Both the position numbers and the translations under genes were made by a program. The notes beneath the pieces were generated by a model. The model was not told where the DNA came from, made no database searches, and was given only the letters and a program-made list of their open reading frames with translations. Shown piece after piece: positions 42,201 through 52,151 of a stretch of 64,000 bases of DNA. Source of the DNA: Terriglobia bacterium (GTDB lineage: Bacteria > Acidobacteriota > Terriglobia > 2-12-FULL-54-10); NCBI GenBank assembly GCA_963666975.2, contig CAXVYR010000003.1, forward strand, positions 768,001-832,000, in the 5' to 3' direction. How positions within the stretch are numbered: the stretch's first letter is position 1; every line of letters begins with the position of its first letter.

Positions 42201-42911
42201 GGCGTCGGCTCCCAACTGCCCTCCAGCGGCACTGCGCGGCACTCGATTGTCCGTGCCGTTGATGTCCGTCCCGTCCAACATAAAGGCGTTCCACTCGCCG
42301 CGCCCGCCTGAGACTGTAATGCTGGAACTCTGACCTCCCTGCCGTCCGCCACCTGAAGGGTCGCTCACTCCAGCCTGCAAGGTGAGCAACTGTGTATAGC
42401 TTCGCCCGTTCATCGGCAACCCGACCAATTCAGACTCATCAATTATGGTGGTAGCCACAGCGGATTGCGACTGCCCAGTCGTGGTGTCCTCTCTCTGCTG
42501 AGAACCCACGGGGCTGGGTTCCACTCGAAACTCCTCCCGCGTCGTCTCTCCTGCCTCTAACGCCACCCATTTTCGTTGCTGGGTGAGAAAGCCAACTGCT
42601 GACACTATCAAACGATACCTTCCCGGTGCCAGTCCTCTCAGTTCGTATTCACCACGAGCGTCCGTTTCAGTTTTCAATGCCTTCGTGGAAGAGACGTCCT
42701 CTACTGTCAGCACTGCCTGTGCCACTGGCGACCCGGAGATCGAGAGCACGCTGCCTCTCAAGGTCGCCGTTTCCTCTCCCCGAGCCCCCGAATCAAGAAC
42801 AAAGAGAAATCCCACTCCCAGCAGAACTCTACAAATCTTTTGCCATCGTGTGATTTCGTACTTTGCGAGAGCTGCAACTTGGCTGGGAAGGAATATCAGA
42901 GTGTGCAACAT
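39240..42911 (-). CDS. Oar-like TonB-dependent receptor with carboxypeptidase-regulatory-like N-domain and an internal 121-aa duplication
   Basis: LPMNGRSYTQLLTL, YGAQYGRAAGG, TRSGSNEWHG, RNQFG, NLAPRFG, PRQIQFALRLSF. Start uncertain; the longer ORF overlaps the upstream gene. Confidence 0.9.
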   Translation of the reverse strand: MLHTLIFLPSQVAALAKYEITRWQKICRVLLGVGFLFVLDSGARGEETATLRGSVLSISGSPVAQAVLTVEDVSSTKALKTETDARGEYELRGLAPGRYRLIVSAVGFLTQQRKWVALEAGETTREEFRVEPSPVGSQQREDTTTGQSQSAVATTIIDESELVGLPMNGRSYTQLLTLQAGVSDPSGGGRQGGQSSSITVSGGRGEWNAFMLDGTDINGTDNRVPRSAAGGQLGADAVLQVQIFSANYGAQYGRAAGGVMNAITRSGSNEWHGGLFEFLRNSKMDAHDFFDPPEKPPFKRNQFGATVTGPMIREKTFFMTSFEVLLNRLTQNVVSFVPDNEARRGILSLPGREPIIANTKVLPYLALYPLPQVPLLDRNGDPTGVAENRTSARLPTSEYFFAARIDQRLSNHDALFGRYTFDDADQMAVGSTAELPWRIKSRQQYLTLAETHFFSPTLLNTFRASYTRPTSTFNSAHAREIPRSLFFVPSAPRYGQLHVAGLTRFAAHFDAPAGKTMNSFQFADDLIYRSGSHTWKLGTLIERFQWNVFDNHALGGIWTFSSLENLFRLGEGTKLKLALPGSSSERDFRQTLLGFYFQDDYQLRPNIALSLGLRYEFTTKIHDTRGRDVYLLDVLLDSEPRLGQLMSSNPSLRNLAPRFGLSWSPGNDRRTQVRAGVGIYHEPLLEYTVENLRRTLPFYKYALRPNFEALETFPDAVAAARGDAGQLRIFDYHNPKNPVIYRYNLSLQRQLTPRWTAEISYVGARGNHLLRTFEANLYPFAVRQPDGKLFLPPDPEWVKPDGNLYCSSDPNRPQTPPDSHEPSLRPNFEALETFPDAVAAARGDAGQLRIFDYHNPKNPVIYRYNLSLQRQLTPRWTAEISYVGARGNHLLRTFEANLYPFAVRQPDGKLFLPPDPEWVKPDGNLYSSSDPNRPQTPPDNVMNPAFGSIQRTLTDAQSFYNSGYVSINGDFGRNFTLGANYTYSKSVDDASSVRGLQEHYGLDRKLNRGLSTFDRRHNFSLRYFYSPPIGSGQRWFNSGWLSSLIGGWRFGGILSLRSGSAFGVSYGIPSTGFLFVSQRPNLTPFYNRDPTNGVTAGCRHPLTGQMLIEPDLKLGGPDLYFDPCAFQPPEPGYIGDAGRTTLTGPGIVNLDFSLQKEFRIDSERNLQFRAEFFNLANHPNFQAPGGPPTAIFRDGGTINPSAGKIRSTATTPRQIQFALRLSF
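40075..40802. repeat. Tandem duplication, 365-bp + 363-bp units
   Basis: 40075-40439 matches 40440-40802 apart from a 2-bp indel and one substitution seen (YSSSD vs YCSSD). Confidence 0.95.
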
Positions 42912-43008
42912 TAGCCTTTCTTCTGGAATTTCCTTTATAAAGTCCTGGTCGTGTAAATTATACACCCAACACCTTTTGTGGGGGATTTTTGCGGGAGCAG
43001 AGCGTCCG

Positions 43009-44319
43009 CTATGGCACGCCCGGTGAACTCTTCCAATAGGCGGGTAGATTCGGTTTGGTATCGAGGAGGATCCCCAGCACGGCCCGGCGGTCCTCCGCCG
43101 ACAGGCGCGCGAACTTCGGGCTGGCATCCTTGCCGGTCAGGGCACCGGTCGGGACACCAGTCAGGACATCGTAGAGCGCGCGCAAAACCTCTTCCCGAGC
43201 TGCGTCCGGAATGCTGTCGAACGCCTCGCTGTACACCATATAACTCAGCGGATAGCGAAACAGCCGCTCCTGCAGGTCGAAATCACGCAGGGAGCGCCCC
43301 TGCGCATCGCGCGGGCCGCGCTGCTCGAAAGTTTCCGTAAACGTGGAGTCCCCTTCGATGCGTTTCTGAATCGGCGCTTCGTCCGCAAAAAGCATATAGG
43401 TCACCAGTTCATCGACGAGGAAATCCAGCCGCTGGCGAAACTCCTCCAGCTTCCCTTCTTCCGCAGCAACCCGCACCTCCCAGCCAATCCGCAGGATCAA
43501 GTTCGTCATACGGGTCTGATGCTCAAGCGTCATCAACGCAACAATATCGCTGGAGGGACTCAGGTAGGCGGATTTGTTAAACGGCTCCTCCCAGCCTGCC
43601 AGGTTCCGGCCTTCGCTGCGGCCAGCCCCAGCGTTGTCCGCGATGGCCACTCCCCTGTGTGTGATCCCGCCAAGCGTTCCGCTGACGTACCATCCGCCCC
43701 AACGGTCTTCCAATGGAATGCGGTGATCGGTGGCGAACGCGCGCGTGAAGGGCGACCCATCGGGCCGGGGGACCGTGGAACTGACCACGATGCCCGGAAC
43801 ATTCAGCGTCGCAGGACCCATGTGGCACTGCAAGCAGGACATCACTTGGCGGCTGAAGCTGGGCGCACCGGACGAACGATTCGCCAGCGTGTAGAAGACC
43901 ATGCCTTGGGTGGGATCGAGAGCCGCCACTTCCAGCACCTGGCTGTTTCGCACAAACGCAATGGATACGCTGTCATTGAAGTAAATCGCCCGCGGCCTTG
44001 CCGGAGAAATGCGGGAAACCTGCGAGCTGGTTTTGGAAAAGACCAGCACCTGCGAATCGACGCTGATTCCAAGGTTCTGCAGTAAGCTGGGCAGATATCC
44101 CCGCTCCGTGTCAAACTCCAGCTTCGCTTCCCCCTTCTCCATCTGACTTTGCAGACGGGCTACGGGGTCATCTGCCGGACGTTCCAGATATTGGATTGCG
44201 CTGTGATCGAAAGGGATAGGAGAGTAATCAAAATTTGCGTCATGCCCTTGCAGCGCCCACCCGGTCCCCATAAACACCATGCTCACGGTTCCCAGCAGCA
44301 ACAAGCATCGAGCGATCAC
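43009..44319 (-). CDS. Exported protein with a single CxxCH motif (putative c-type cytochrome domain)
   Basis: Signal peptide after a GTG start with GGAGG; SQVLVFSKTS, CLQCH, RWGGWYVSG, SDIVALMTLEHQ, GRSLRDFDL. Confidence 0.7.
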   Translation of the reverse strand: MIARCLLLLGTVSMVFMGTGWALQGHDANFDYSPIPFDHSAIQYLERPADDPVARLQSQMEKGEAKLEFDTERGYLPSLLQNLGISVDSQVLVFSKTSSQVSRISPARPRAIYFNDSVSIAFVRNSQVLEVAALDPTQGMVFYTLANRSSGAPSFSRQVMSCLQCHMGPATLNVPGIVVSSTVPRPDGSPFTRAFATDHRIPLEDRWGGWYVSGTLGGITHRGVAIADNAGAGRSEGRNLAGWEEPFNKSAYLSPSSDIVALMTLEHQTRMTNLILRIGWEVRVAAEEGKLEEFRQRLDFLVDELVTYMLFADEAPIQKRIEGDSTFTETFEQRGPRDAQGRSLRDFDLQERLFRYPLSYMVYSEAFDSIPDAAREEVLRALYDVLTGVPTGALTGKDASPKFARLSAEDRRAVLGILLDTKPNLPAYWKSSPGVP

Positions 44320-44437
44320 GGGCTTCCTCCAGCAATTCCGGCAACACCTCCTAAGCATACGGCAATGGGCGGCCCTTGCGAAAATTTATGGCGCAGGCGG
44401 CATAGCCAGGCAGTATGGCGCAGGCAATAGTGACAGA

Positions 44438-46030
44438 TCACTGAGCCTTCTCCATCACCGCCGCGAACTCTCGGAATGAAAGCGGGGGGCCGTGAACTCG
44501 CACAATGCGGTCCACGTTGAGACCTTCCTGCTTGACAAAAGCATAGTAAGCGCGCGCCCGGTCTTCGATATTGGAGGGGTCAAAACTGCCGGTCACCAAA
44601 TCGGCCGTAAGAGTAATCCGCTCCCGTGGCATATAAAGCGCCAGCATGTCCCGGACATGCGGGTTCGGGAGGGGATAAATCTGCACCACGCGGCTTCCGT
44701 CGGTGTACTCCTTCATGCTGTCCACGCCCTCCACGGCATATTGCGGCGGGCTGCCGGAACTTGCCCCCGCGCCTGCCAGGGAATCGGGATTGATGGTTTT
44801 CGGCGCTTTGAGCACGCCCTCCACGAAGGGCACGATATTGGCATGGGCGATGATGGTGGCGCCTTCCGCGGCATAGGTCCGGACGCCTCCGGAGTGATCC
44901 TGATGATAGTGCGTCATCATGGTGTACCGGATGGGCTTGTCAGGAAATTTTTCTTTTATCGCTGCGATGACCTCAAGGGACCGCTCCTCAAACAGCGGCG
45001 CTTCGAAGGTCATGACGTGATCCGCCATCTCAACGACCAGCGACTGATGCCCCGCCCCCTTCGCCAGCCATACGCCGGGGACCACTTCCTCCAGCGTGGC
45101 GTCCTGCGGGCCTGCGTAATACATATAGGTGACACCCATCGACACACGGCGCAACGGCCATTGGGAGATTATTCGCTCGCCGGGCTCCGGCGCCTGCCGC
45201 ACTGGTTCCGGAATGGCGAAGGCCGCGGAATCGACGGAGGGATTGTTTTGTATCTCCTGGATGGTTTCCTTCCGGATGAGCTGGCCATTCAAGGTTTTTT
45301 CCTGGCTGAAGGGAAGCATCACTCCGCTGACGTCCCTCCAATCGGTCCATACAAAGGCATTTCGGGTGTCGCTAAAGGTGACGTCGTCTTCAAGGTATGC
45401 CGCGCTCGCCGGCAGATGCGTGGCCGCGTCGATGCGCAGCTCCACCGTCTGGCCCGCATCCTGGTAGCGCAACACCTGAACGGAGTGTCCGCCGCCGGAT
45501 CCCTCTTCCTCTTTATCCGGAACACGGTCCAGCCCCTGGGCCTCGCTTGCCGTCAGCAGCACCCGAACCGGCATGCGGCGCAGGTTACGCAGCCGCGTTA
45601 CATAAACGCTCCCGTGCATGCGGCTTTGCGTGACCTCGCCGCCCGAGCCCGTCTCCTCCCGCATGCCGGCATCCCCTTCTATGACCTCCGTATAAGAAAG
45701 CGACCGTTCTCTTGGATAATATAAATCCCCGCTGTACTCCATTCGGGCCGCTTCTTTTTCATAGTCGGCTGTCCGCGTGATCGAAAAATCGCTCACGTGG
45801 CGCGAGTCGCCTGGATACATCGCCTGTATGGGGTCCCAATCGGACCCTTCACTGACGACGCGCTGCGTTCCGACATTTCGCAACGCCTCCCAGCCGCCCA
45901 TCGCCGCTGCGGCTTCGTCGAGCGCCCGGCGCGCGGCGACTTCCCCGGTTTGCGGCCCGGAACATCCGGCTGCCGCCACTAGCACGAGCAGAACAAAAAT
46001 GGCTAGTCGCAATTTCATTATTCTGATCAT
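44438..46030 (-). CDS. MBL-fold metallo-hydrolase lipoprotein
   Basis: Lipobox AAG-C; THYHQDHSGG (HxHxDH), PHVRDM, ADL, RVHG. Confidence 0.9.
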   Translation of the reverse strand: MIRIMKLRLAIFVLLVLVAAAGCSGPQTGEVAARRALDEAAAAMGGWEALRNVGTQRVVSEGSDWDPIQAMYPGDSRHVSDFSITRTADYEKEAARMEYSGDLYYPRERSLSYTEVIEGDAGMREETGSGGEVTQSRMHGSVYVTRLRNLRRMPVRVLLTASEAQGLDRVPDKEEEGSGGGHSVQVLRYQDAGQTVELRIDAATHLPASAAYLEDDVTFSDTRNAFVWTDWRDVSGVMLPFSQEKTLNGQLIRKETIQEIQNNPSVDSAAFAIPEPVRQAPEPGERIISQWPLRRVSMGVTYMYYAGPQDATLEEVVPGVWLAKGAGHQSLVVEMADHVMTFEAPLFEERSLEVIAAIKEKFPDKPIRYTMMTHYHQDHSGGVRTYAAEGATIIAHANIVPFVEGVLKAPKTINPDSLAGAGASSGSPPQYAVEGVDSMKEYTDGSRVVQIYPLPNPHVRDMLALYMPRERITLTADLVTGSFDPSNIEDRARAYYAFVKQEGLNVDRIVRVHGPPLSFREFAAVMEKAQ

Positions 46031-46228
46031 TAGTTTTGATCCTCATCGCGTGCAGGTTTGTATGCGCCAAATCATACTCCAGTTGTCTTGTCCGCTCGAC
46101 AAGAAATTGAACCAAAATATATTGAAAACCTTCCGGCTCATGACCTCGTCGCGGCGACGCTGCTTTTGACAATCGCAAGTGGTAGAATCTGAATGCCTGT
46201 TAGATTCCAAGTGAAAGCCAGAATCAGG

Positions 46229-47836
46229 ATGACGAAGAAAAACTCGCCGGTGCAGCCGGTTTCCTTCACCACGGTAAGCGGGGTTCCCATCAAGGAACTC
46301 TACACCTCGGCTGACCTTCCCGGCTTTGACTACGCGCGGGAGTTGGGCGACCCCGGCCAGCAGCCCTATGTGCGGGGCATCCATTCGGATATGTACCGGG
46401 GCCGTCTCTGGACGATGCGGCAGTTCAGCGGCTTTGCCAGCCCGGAAGAGACCAACCAGCGCTATCGTTATCTGCTTTCCCAGGGACAAGCCGGCCTCTC
46501 GGTGGCCTTCGATCTGCCCACCCTGATGGGTTACGACGCCGACGACCCACTGGCCGAAGGCGAGGTGGGCAAATGCGGCGTCTCAATCTCGTCGCTCGAA
46601 GACATGGAAATCCTCTTCCGCGACATCCCGCTGGAGCGGATCACCACCTCAATGACCATCAACTCCCCCGCCGCCGTGCTGTGGGCGATGTATCTGGCCG
46701 TTGCCGAGAAGCAAGGCGCGGACTGGAAGAAGATTTCCGGCACCATTCAGAACGACATCTTGAAGGAGTACATTGCCCAGAAGGAGTTCATCTACCCGCC
46801 TGCTCCTTCCCTGCGGCTGGTCATCGACACCATTGAGTTCAGCGCGCAACAGACGCCCCGTTTTCATCCCATCTCGATCAGCGGGTATCACATCCGCGAG
46901 GCGGGCTCGACCGCCGTGCAGGAGCTGGCCTTCACCCTGCGGGACGGGATCGAATACGTCGAGGCCGCCATCGCGCGCGGTCTCGCAGTGGACGATTTCG
47001 CCCCCCGGCTCTCGTTTTTCTTCAATGCCCACAATGACTTTTTCGAGGAGATCGCCAAGTACCGCGCGGCGCGGAAAATCTGGGCGGCCGTCATGCGGGA
47101 GCGGTTCGGGGCCAAAAACCCGCGCTCCTGGATGTGCCGGTTCCATACCCAGACCGCCGGATGCTCCTTGACGGCCCAGCAGCCCTACAACAATGTTGTG
47201 AGGACCACGATCCAGGCGCTGGCCGCCATTCTGGGCGGAACGCAGTCGCTGCATACGAACTCTCTCGATGAGGCGCTGTCGCTGCCCACCGAGGAGGCCG
47301 CCACGCTGGCGCTCCGCACGCAGCAGGTGCTGGCGCATGAGAGCGGCGTGACGGATACGGTGGACCCCCTGGGCGGCTCATATTTCTTGGAGCGCCTCAC
47401 AATGGACATGGAGCAGGCCTGCTATAAGTATTTTGAGGAGATCGACGGCATGGGCGGCATGGTTCGCGCCATCGAGCGGGGTTTCCCGCAACGGGAGATC
47501 GCACAGGCCTCTTACCGCTATCAGCGCGCGGTTGAGTCCGGCGAGAAGCTGATTGTCGGCGTCAATGCTTTTTGCGGAGATCAAGACCAGCCGGAGATTC
47601 TCTCCATCGACCACTCAGCAGGAGAGCGCCAGGTTGAAAAGCTCCGCCGCTTGCGCTCCAGGCGCGACGCGGGCCGCGCACAGGCGGCGCTCGATGCGCT
47701 GGAAGTCGCCGCCCGTGGCAGTGACAACTTGATGCCCCCGATCCTCGAATGCGTCCGTGCCTACTGCACCGTAGGCGAGGTCTCCAACCGCCTCCGGGCA
47801 GTTTTCGGAGTCTATCAAGAAGTAAGCGTGATTTGA
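46229..47836 (+). CDS. B12-dependent acyl-CoA mutase large subunit, isobutyryl-CoA mutase-like
   Basis: [36 protein letters not shown]. No B12-binding domain. RQFSGF and YIAQKE carry Phe/Gln rather than the Tyr/Arg of MCM. Confidence 0.9.
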   Translation: MTKKNSPVQPVSFTTVSGVPIKELYTSADLPGFDYARELGDPGQQPYVRGIHSDMYRGRLWTMRQFSGFASPEETNQRYRYLLSQGQAGLSVAFDLPTLMGYDADDPLAEGEVGKCGVSISSLEDMEILFRDIPLERITTSMTINSPAAVLWAMYLAVAEKQGADWKKISGTIQNDILKEYIAQKEFIYPPAPSLRLVIDTIEFSAQQTPRFHPISISGYHIREAGSTAVQELAFTLRDGIEYVEAAIARGLAVDDFAPRLSFFFNAHNDFFEEIAKYRAARKIWAAVMRERFGAKNPRSWMCRFHTQTAGCSLTAQQPYNNVVRTTIQALAAILGGTQSLHTNSLDEALSLPTEEAATLALRTQQVLAHESGVTDTVDPLGGSYFLERLTMDMEQACYKYFEEIDGMGGMVRAIERGFPQREIAQASYRYQRAVESGEKLIVGVNAFCGDQDQPEILSIDHSAGERQVEKLRRLRSRRDAGRAQAALDALEVAARGSDNLMPPILECVRAYCTVGEVSNRLRAVFGVYQEVSVI

Positions 47837-47901
47837 GTCAATCCGGGCCGGGACTCAATCCGAGCCACGACCGTGAGGGAGTGGACCACTCAGACGCTTC
47901 G

Positions 47902-47940
47902 TTGTCATCCCGAGTGAGCGCAGCGACGAGGGATATGCAC
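47902..47940. repeat. REP-like repeat (GTCATCCCGAG family)
   Basis: ttgtcatcccgagtgagcgcagcgacgagggatatgcac, a direct copy of 48798-48836. Confidence 0.8.
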
Positions 47941-48094
47941 TTAATCCGGTATAATTGCCCCCGCCGCCTTCAGAATCAGGCGCTCCGAAGCATCTCCAAT
48001 CCGGTATAATTGCCCCGACCCAGCCGTCTTATGCAGACACGAACTGGCTTGATGCCAGTCAGCATAATCAAATAGTAAGGCCGACAAAATAAAG

Positions 48095-48781
48095 ATGCTG
48101 AAACGCTACAAAAACGAGTTTTTCAAAACTATACAAAGTGCGGGATTAGACATATCAGACTTTTCCGGAGAAGAGATATTTTACAAAGAATATCCCGCGT
48201 TCAAAATAACTTACACGCCCGGTAACATTTTTTTTGTTGCCCGCCACTTCAAAGATGATCCCAAACTGTTCGATTGCATGTATGCGCAGTTTACCGGCAC
48301 GAACCCTCCGCCGGAAATAGGGCTAATTCCCGAAGAGGGCTGGTATATTTTTGAGGCAGTCATATCTACATTTCAACGGTGGTTAGACAACGAGGTTAGG
48401 GTGACGATGGAAGAGGCACTCATCCCCGACCTCTGGTCACAAGCTACCTCCAGCTTCATCGAAGCGCACCCAATCGATAGCCAAGAGGCATCCAACTTCA
48501 CAGAGGAAGAGCGGGAGCAGATAAAGTTGGCGGCATCTACCTTTCGGCTTCTTGTTCAGGAGACCTTCGCTCCAACGGAAGATCAGCGAACAGTGGTCGC
48601 CGAGCAGTTAGCATATTTGGCGTCCTCTGTTGATCGATTAAACCGCTTTGACTGGAAAGCGGTAGCTATATCCACACTCATGGCTATTTCAGTGGCTTTG
48701 AGTTTAGACACCGAGCGAGGACGACAGCTATACGGTCTCTTTCAGCAGGCCTTTAGCGCACTCACTCATCTACTTAGATAG
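48095..48781 (+). CDS. Hypothetical protein (lower GC, likely acquired)
   Basis: 228-aa ORF, visibly AT-richer than neighbours, between REP copies; no motif recognised. Confidence 0.7.
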   Translation: MLKRYKNEFFKTIQSAGLDISDFSGEEIFYKEYPAFKITYTPGNIFFVARHFKDDPKLFDCMYAQFTGTNPPPEIGLIPEEGWYIFEAVISTFQRWLDNEVRVTMEEALIPDLWSQATSSFIEAHPIDSQEASNFTEEEREQIKLAASTFRLLVQETFAPTEDQRTVVAEQLAYLASSVDRLNRFDWKAVAISTLMAISVALSLDTERGRQLYGLFQQAFSALTHLLR

Positions 48782-48852
48782 GGGGCTAACCCCCAAGTTG
48801 TCATCCCGAGCGAGCGAAGCGACGAGGGATCTGCACGTAAAACCACTCTCCG

Positions 48853-49179
48853 ATGCCATACTACGTTTATATTCTGGCGAGTCGGTCTAGGAATCTTTAC
48901 ACAGGTGTTACCAACAACATTTACCGAAGGCTTTGGGAGCACCGCGAAGGGCAATCGACCGGCTTTACAAAACGGTATCGGATTCATCGCTTGGTTTACT
49001 TGGAACCCCATGAAGACGTGCGAACTGCTATTGCTCGTGAAAAACAGATCAAGGCGTGGCGGCGGGCGAAAAGGGTGGCACTGATCGAGGCTGGCAACCC
49101 CGCATGGGATGACTTAACAGCGGGTTGGTTTGTAGCTACGGGAAAGAGAAGTGCAGATCCCTCGCTGCGCTCGGGATGA
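48853..49179 (+). CDS. GIY-YIG nuclease family protein flanked by inverted REPs (48798-48836 and 49151-49182)
   Basis: YYVYILAS..LYTGVTNN..RRLWEH..FTKRY..AIAREKQIKAWRR. Confidence 0.92.
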   Translation: MPYYVYILASRSRNLYTGVTNNIYRRLWEHREGQSTGFTKRYRIHRLVYLEPHEDVRTAIAREKQIKAWRRAKRVALIEAGNPAWDDLTAGWFVATGKRSADPSLRSG

Positions 49180-49283
49180 CAAGCGAAGGGCTCGGGATGG
49201 CATCGGAAAGATATAAAGCTAGGGAATACACCTATGGTAAAAATGGTTTAGAAATTTAGGTGCGTCCTTATAGGAGAACCGCA

Positions 49284-50456
49284 TTGACCCAAACCGTCGA
49301 AACCAATCGCCCGCCGTTAACCCTCCTCACCCCGGAAGAGGAACTCTTCCAATCCTCCGTCCGGCAGTTTGCTCGGGACAAAATTGCTCCGCTGGTCCGG
49401 GAGATGGACGAGAAGGGCGAGTTCCGCCGGGAGTTGATTGACGACTTTTTCCGGATGGAGTGGATGGGTATCGAAATTCCGGAAGCCCTGGGAGGCTCAG
49501 GCGGGAGCTTCTTTAACTGCATCCTGGCCATTGAGGAACTCTCCGCCGTGGACCCCTCCGCCGCAGTCATCGTGGACGTCCACAACACCCTGGTGAACAA
49601 CGCTGTGCTGCGCTGGGCGACCGAAGATCAGAAAAAGCGCTACCTGCCCCGCCTGGCCGCAGACACGATGGGCGCTTACGCGCTTTCGGAAGCCGGAGCC
49701 GGAAGCGACGCCTTTGCTCTGGCCACGGTTGCCGATGACCGGGGCGACCACTTCCTGCTCCGTGGCCGGAAGCTGTGGATCAGCAATGCCCGCGAGGCCG
49801 GGCTGTTTCTTCTGTTTGCCAACGCCAACCCGGAGGCGGGCCACCGGGGGATCACCGCCTTCCTGGTGGAGAGAGGCTTCCCCGGCTTCGAGGTCGGACG
49901 AAAAGAAGACAAGCTCGGCATCCGCGCCAGTAGCACATGCGAGTTGCTGCTCGATGACTGCCGCGTGCCGCGCGAAAACGTGCTGGGCAAGATCGGGGAA
50001 GGCTACAAGATCGCCATCGAGACGCTGAACGAGGGGCGCATCGGCATCGGCGCGCAGATGATCGGGCTGGCCCGAGGGGCGCTCGATCATGCCATACGCT
50101 ATTCCAAGGAGCGCAAGCAGTTCGGCAAGGCCATCGCGGATTTCCAGGCTGTGCAGTTCCAACTGGCGGAGATGGCAACGGAGATTGAGGCCGCGCGGCT
50201 GATGGTCTATAACGCCGCGCGCCTGCGCGATGCGGGCCAGCCCTTCCTGAAAGAGGCCGCCATGACCAAGTACTTCACCTCCCAAGTCGCCGAGCGCGCC
50301 GCCTCGCTGGCCGTTGAAATCTTCGGCGGCTACGGCTTTACCCGCGACTACCCGGTCGAAAAGCTTTACCGCGACGCCAAGATCGGAAAAATCTACGAGG
50401 GCACCTCCAACATGCAGCTCCAGACCATCGCCCGCGCCATACTCGGTGCGCGGTGA
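49284..50456 (+). CDS. Acyl-CoA dehydrogenase (short/branched chain)
   Basis: AYALSEAGAGSD, GRKLWISN, KLGIRASST, GRIGIGAQ, RKQFGK, IYEGTSNMQ. Confidence 0.95.
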   Translation: MTQTVETNRPPLTLLTPEEELFQSSVRQFARDKIAPLVREMDEKGEFRRELIDDFFRMEWMGIEIPEALGGSGGSFFNCILAIEELSAVDPSAAVIVDVHNTLVNNAVLRWATEDQKKRYLPRLAADTMGAYALSEAGAGSDAFALATVADDRGDHFLLRGRKLWISNAREAGLFLLFANANPEAGHRGITAFLVERGFPGFEVGRKEDKLGIRASSTCELLLDDCRVPRENVLGKIGEGYKIAIETLNEGRIGIGAQMIGLARGALDHAIRYSKERKQFGKAIADFQAVQFQLAEMATEIEAARLMVYNAARLRDAGQPFLKEAAMTKYFTSQVAERAASLAVEIFGGYGFTRDYPVEKLYRDAKIGKIYEGTSNMQLQTIARAILGAR

Positions 50457-50662
50457 GGACGAATGCCGTCATGGAGCATCAGCAGTCTGCTCCAGAAACC
50501 GTCTAGCGACCTTCGTGTCCATTCCTTCCACTGCTCCTTCCACTGCCCTGCCCATTCGGACGTCTCCCGGCAAAGGATTTCGGGCAAAGTGGAGAGGTTT
50601 CCATTCGGGCAGACAATTTGTCCGGCACTAGCCAAACACAACGAGCAGGAGTATGATCGGCT

Positions 50663-50701
50663 AAAGTAAGGGCGCAAAAGTAAGGGCGCAAAAGTAAGGG
50701 C
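50663..50701. repeat. 14-bp tandem repeat, ~2.8 copies
   Basis: Unit AAAAGTAAGGGCGC. Confidence 0.8.
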
Positions 50702-50766
50702 AATGAGACAGCGCCTGAGATGGCAGATGCGACAGAGAAAAGTAAAAAGTAAAGTGGTGTGACTGT

Positions 50767-51810
50767 ATGTATTCCTTTCGCACGGCCCTCTTGCTTCTTT
50801 TCTTCTGGGCAGCCATCCCCGCGCAGGCCCAGTTGCCGGATTCCTTCAGTGGCTGGGGAACAAAAAGCTTCCAGCCGATTCCCCCAACCCATCTCACACA
50901 GTTCGTGGGAGACGACGCCTCCCTGCTGGAAGAATACGGCTTTGCCGCAGGGGAGCGGCGGGAATATGAAAAGGGAGGCGCGACTCTCTCCGCCACCTTG
51001 TGGAAGATGCAGGACGCCAGCGGCAGCTTTGGACTCTTCACCTTTCTCCGGGAGCCGGGAACCACCCCGGTCGAGATGCCGGACCGGGCCGCAGCAGGAC
51101 CGGACCGTTTACTGCTCCAGCGCGGGATCTACCTGCTGGAGGTCCAGGGAGCGCAACTGACGCCGGACGAGGTGGAACTGCTGCTTGAAAACCTCCCGCC
51201 GATGCGCGAGTCGAGAACCCAGTTGCCCTTGCTCCCCTCTTACCTGCCGGAAGAGGACTTGGTTGCCCAATCGCAAAAGTACCTGATGGGGCCCGTTGCC
51301 TTTGAGCGGATCGAACAGGATTTACCCTCTGCCGTCATTGGTTTTGACATGGGGGCCGAGGCCACGATAGCGCAGTACCGCATCGGGGGCAACGCGGTTC
51401 GCCTGCTGCTCGTCAGCTATCCCACGCCTCAAATGGCCGCAAAAAAACTGCGGAACTTCGAGCAAACCCCTCCTCTCGGCCAGGACCGCCCCCTCTACAT
51501 TGAGCGAAAGAGTTCCCTGCTCTGCTTTGTCCTGGACGCGGCGAACCCGACCCTGGCGGATGTTTTGTTCAGCCAGGTCAACTATAGGATTTCGGTCACT
51601 TGGAACCAGTACGTCCCTACGCCAAAGGACAACTTCGCTCAAATGATGCTGAACATATTTATGTTGGCTGGGTTCGTTCTGATGTTTGCCTTCGTGACCG
51701 GCCTTTCTTATGGGGGAGTTCGCCTCCTGGCAAAGAAGTTCTTCCCGATACCTATTTTCGACCGCCCGTCGCAGGTTGAGATCATTCAGTTGCGCATAGA
51801 CGACCGGTAA
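50767..51810 (+). CDS. Exported protein with C-terminal membrane anchor (DUF6599-like)
   Basis: Signal peptide AQA-Q; MQDASGSFGLFTF, LLLVSYPTPQMA; TM segment near the C-terminus. Family name recalled, not searched. Confidence 0.65.
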   Translation: MYSFRTALLLLFFWAAIPAQAQLPDSFSGWGTKSFQPIPPTHLTQFVGDDASLLEEYGFAAGERREYEKGGATLSATLWKMQDASGSFGLFTFLREPGTTPVEMPDRAAAGPDRLLLQRGIYLLEVQGAQLTPDEVELLLENLPPMRESRTQLPLLPSYLPEEDLVAQSQKYLMGPVAFERIEQDLPSAVIGFDMGAEATIAQYRIGGNAVRLLLVSYPTPQMAAKKLRNFEQTPPLGQDRPLYIERKSSLLCFVLDAANPTLADVLFSQVNYRISVTWNQYVPTPKDNFAQMMLNIFMLAGFVLMFAFVTGLSYGGVRLLAKKFFPIPIFDRPSQVEIIQLRIDDR

Positions 51811-52151
51811 CATATTGTGGCTGTTGCCAGATACCGTCATATTTGGTGAAAAAGGAGGAATCTGGAAATACTATTTACCATATATTGACAATTATTGTAA
51901 TGTTTGTAACTGCATGATAAATAACATGTTATTTAATTTATATTTGTCTTAAATTTCCCTTGACAAGAGTTTGAGGGCAGGAATAAACTCAGTTCACGGT
52001 TTTGACGGTTGCGCATTTGTCGAAACTGTTTACCCTTTCGTCAATGCCCACCCTTTGGGTGGGCATTTTTTTGTATAGTTTTTTTGGGACCGCCCAGGCT
52101 CACCGATATTTTTTTATCCAACCCCGCAATACTGGAAAGGAGAAAGAATTC

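Noticed and set aside
47943-48016. 19-bp direct repeat AATCCGGTATAATTGCCCC twice, 36 bp apart, resembling a mini CRISPR
   Set aside because: Only two short units, with no leader and no cas genes in the window.
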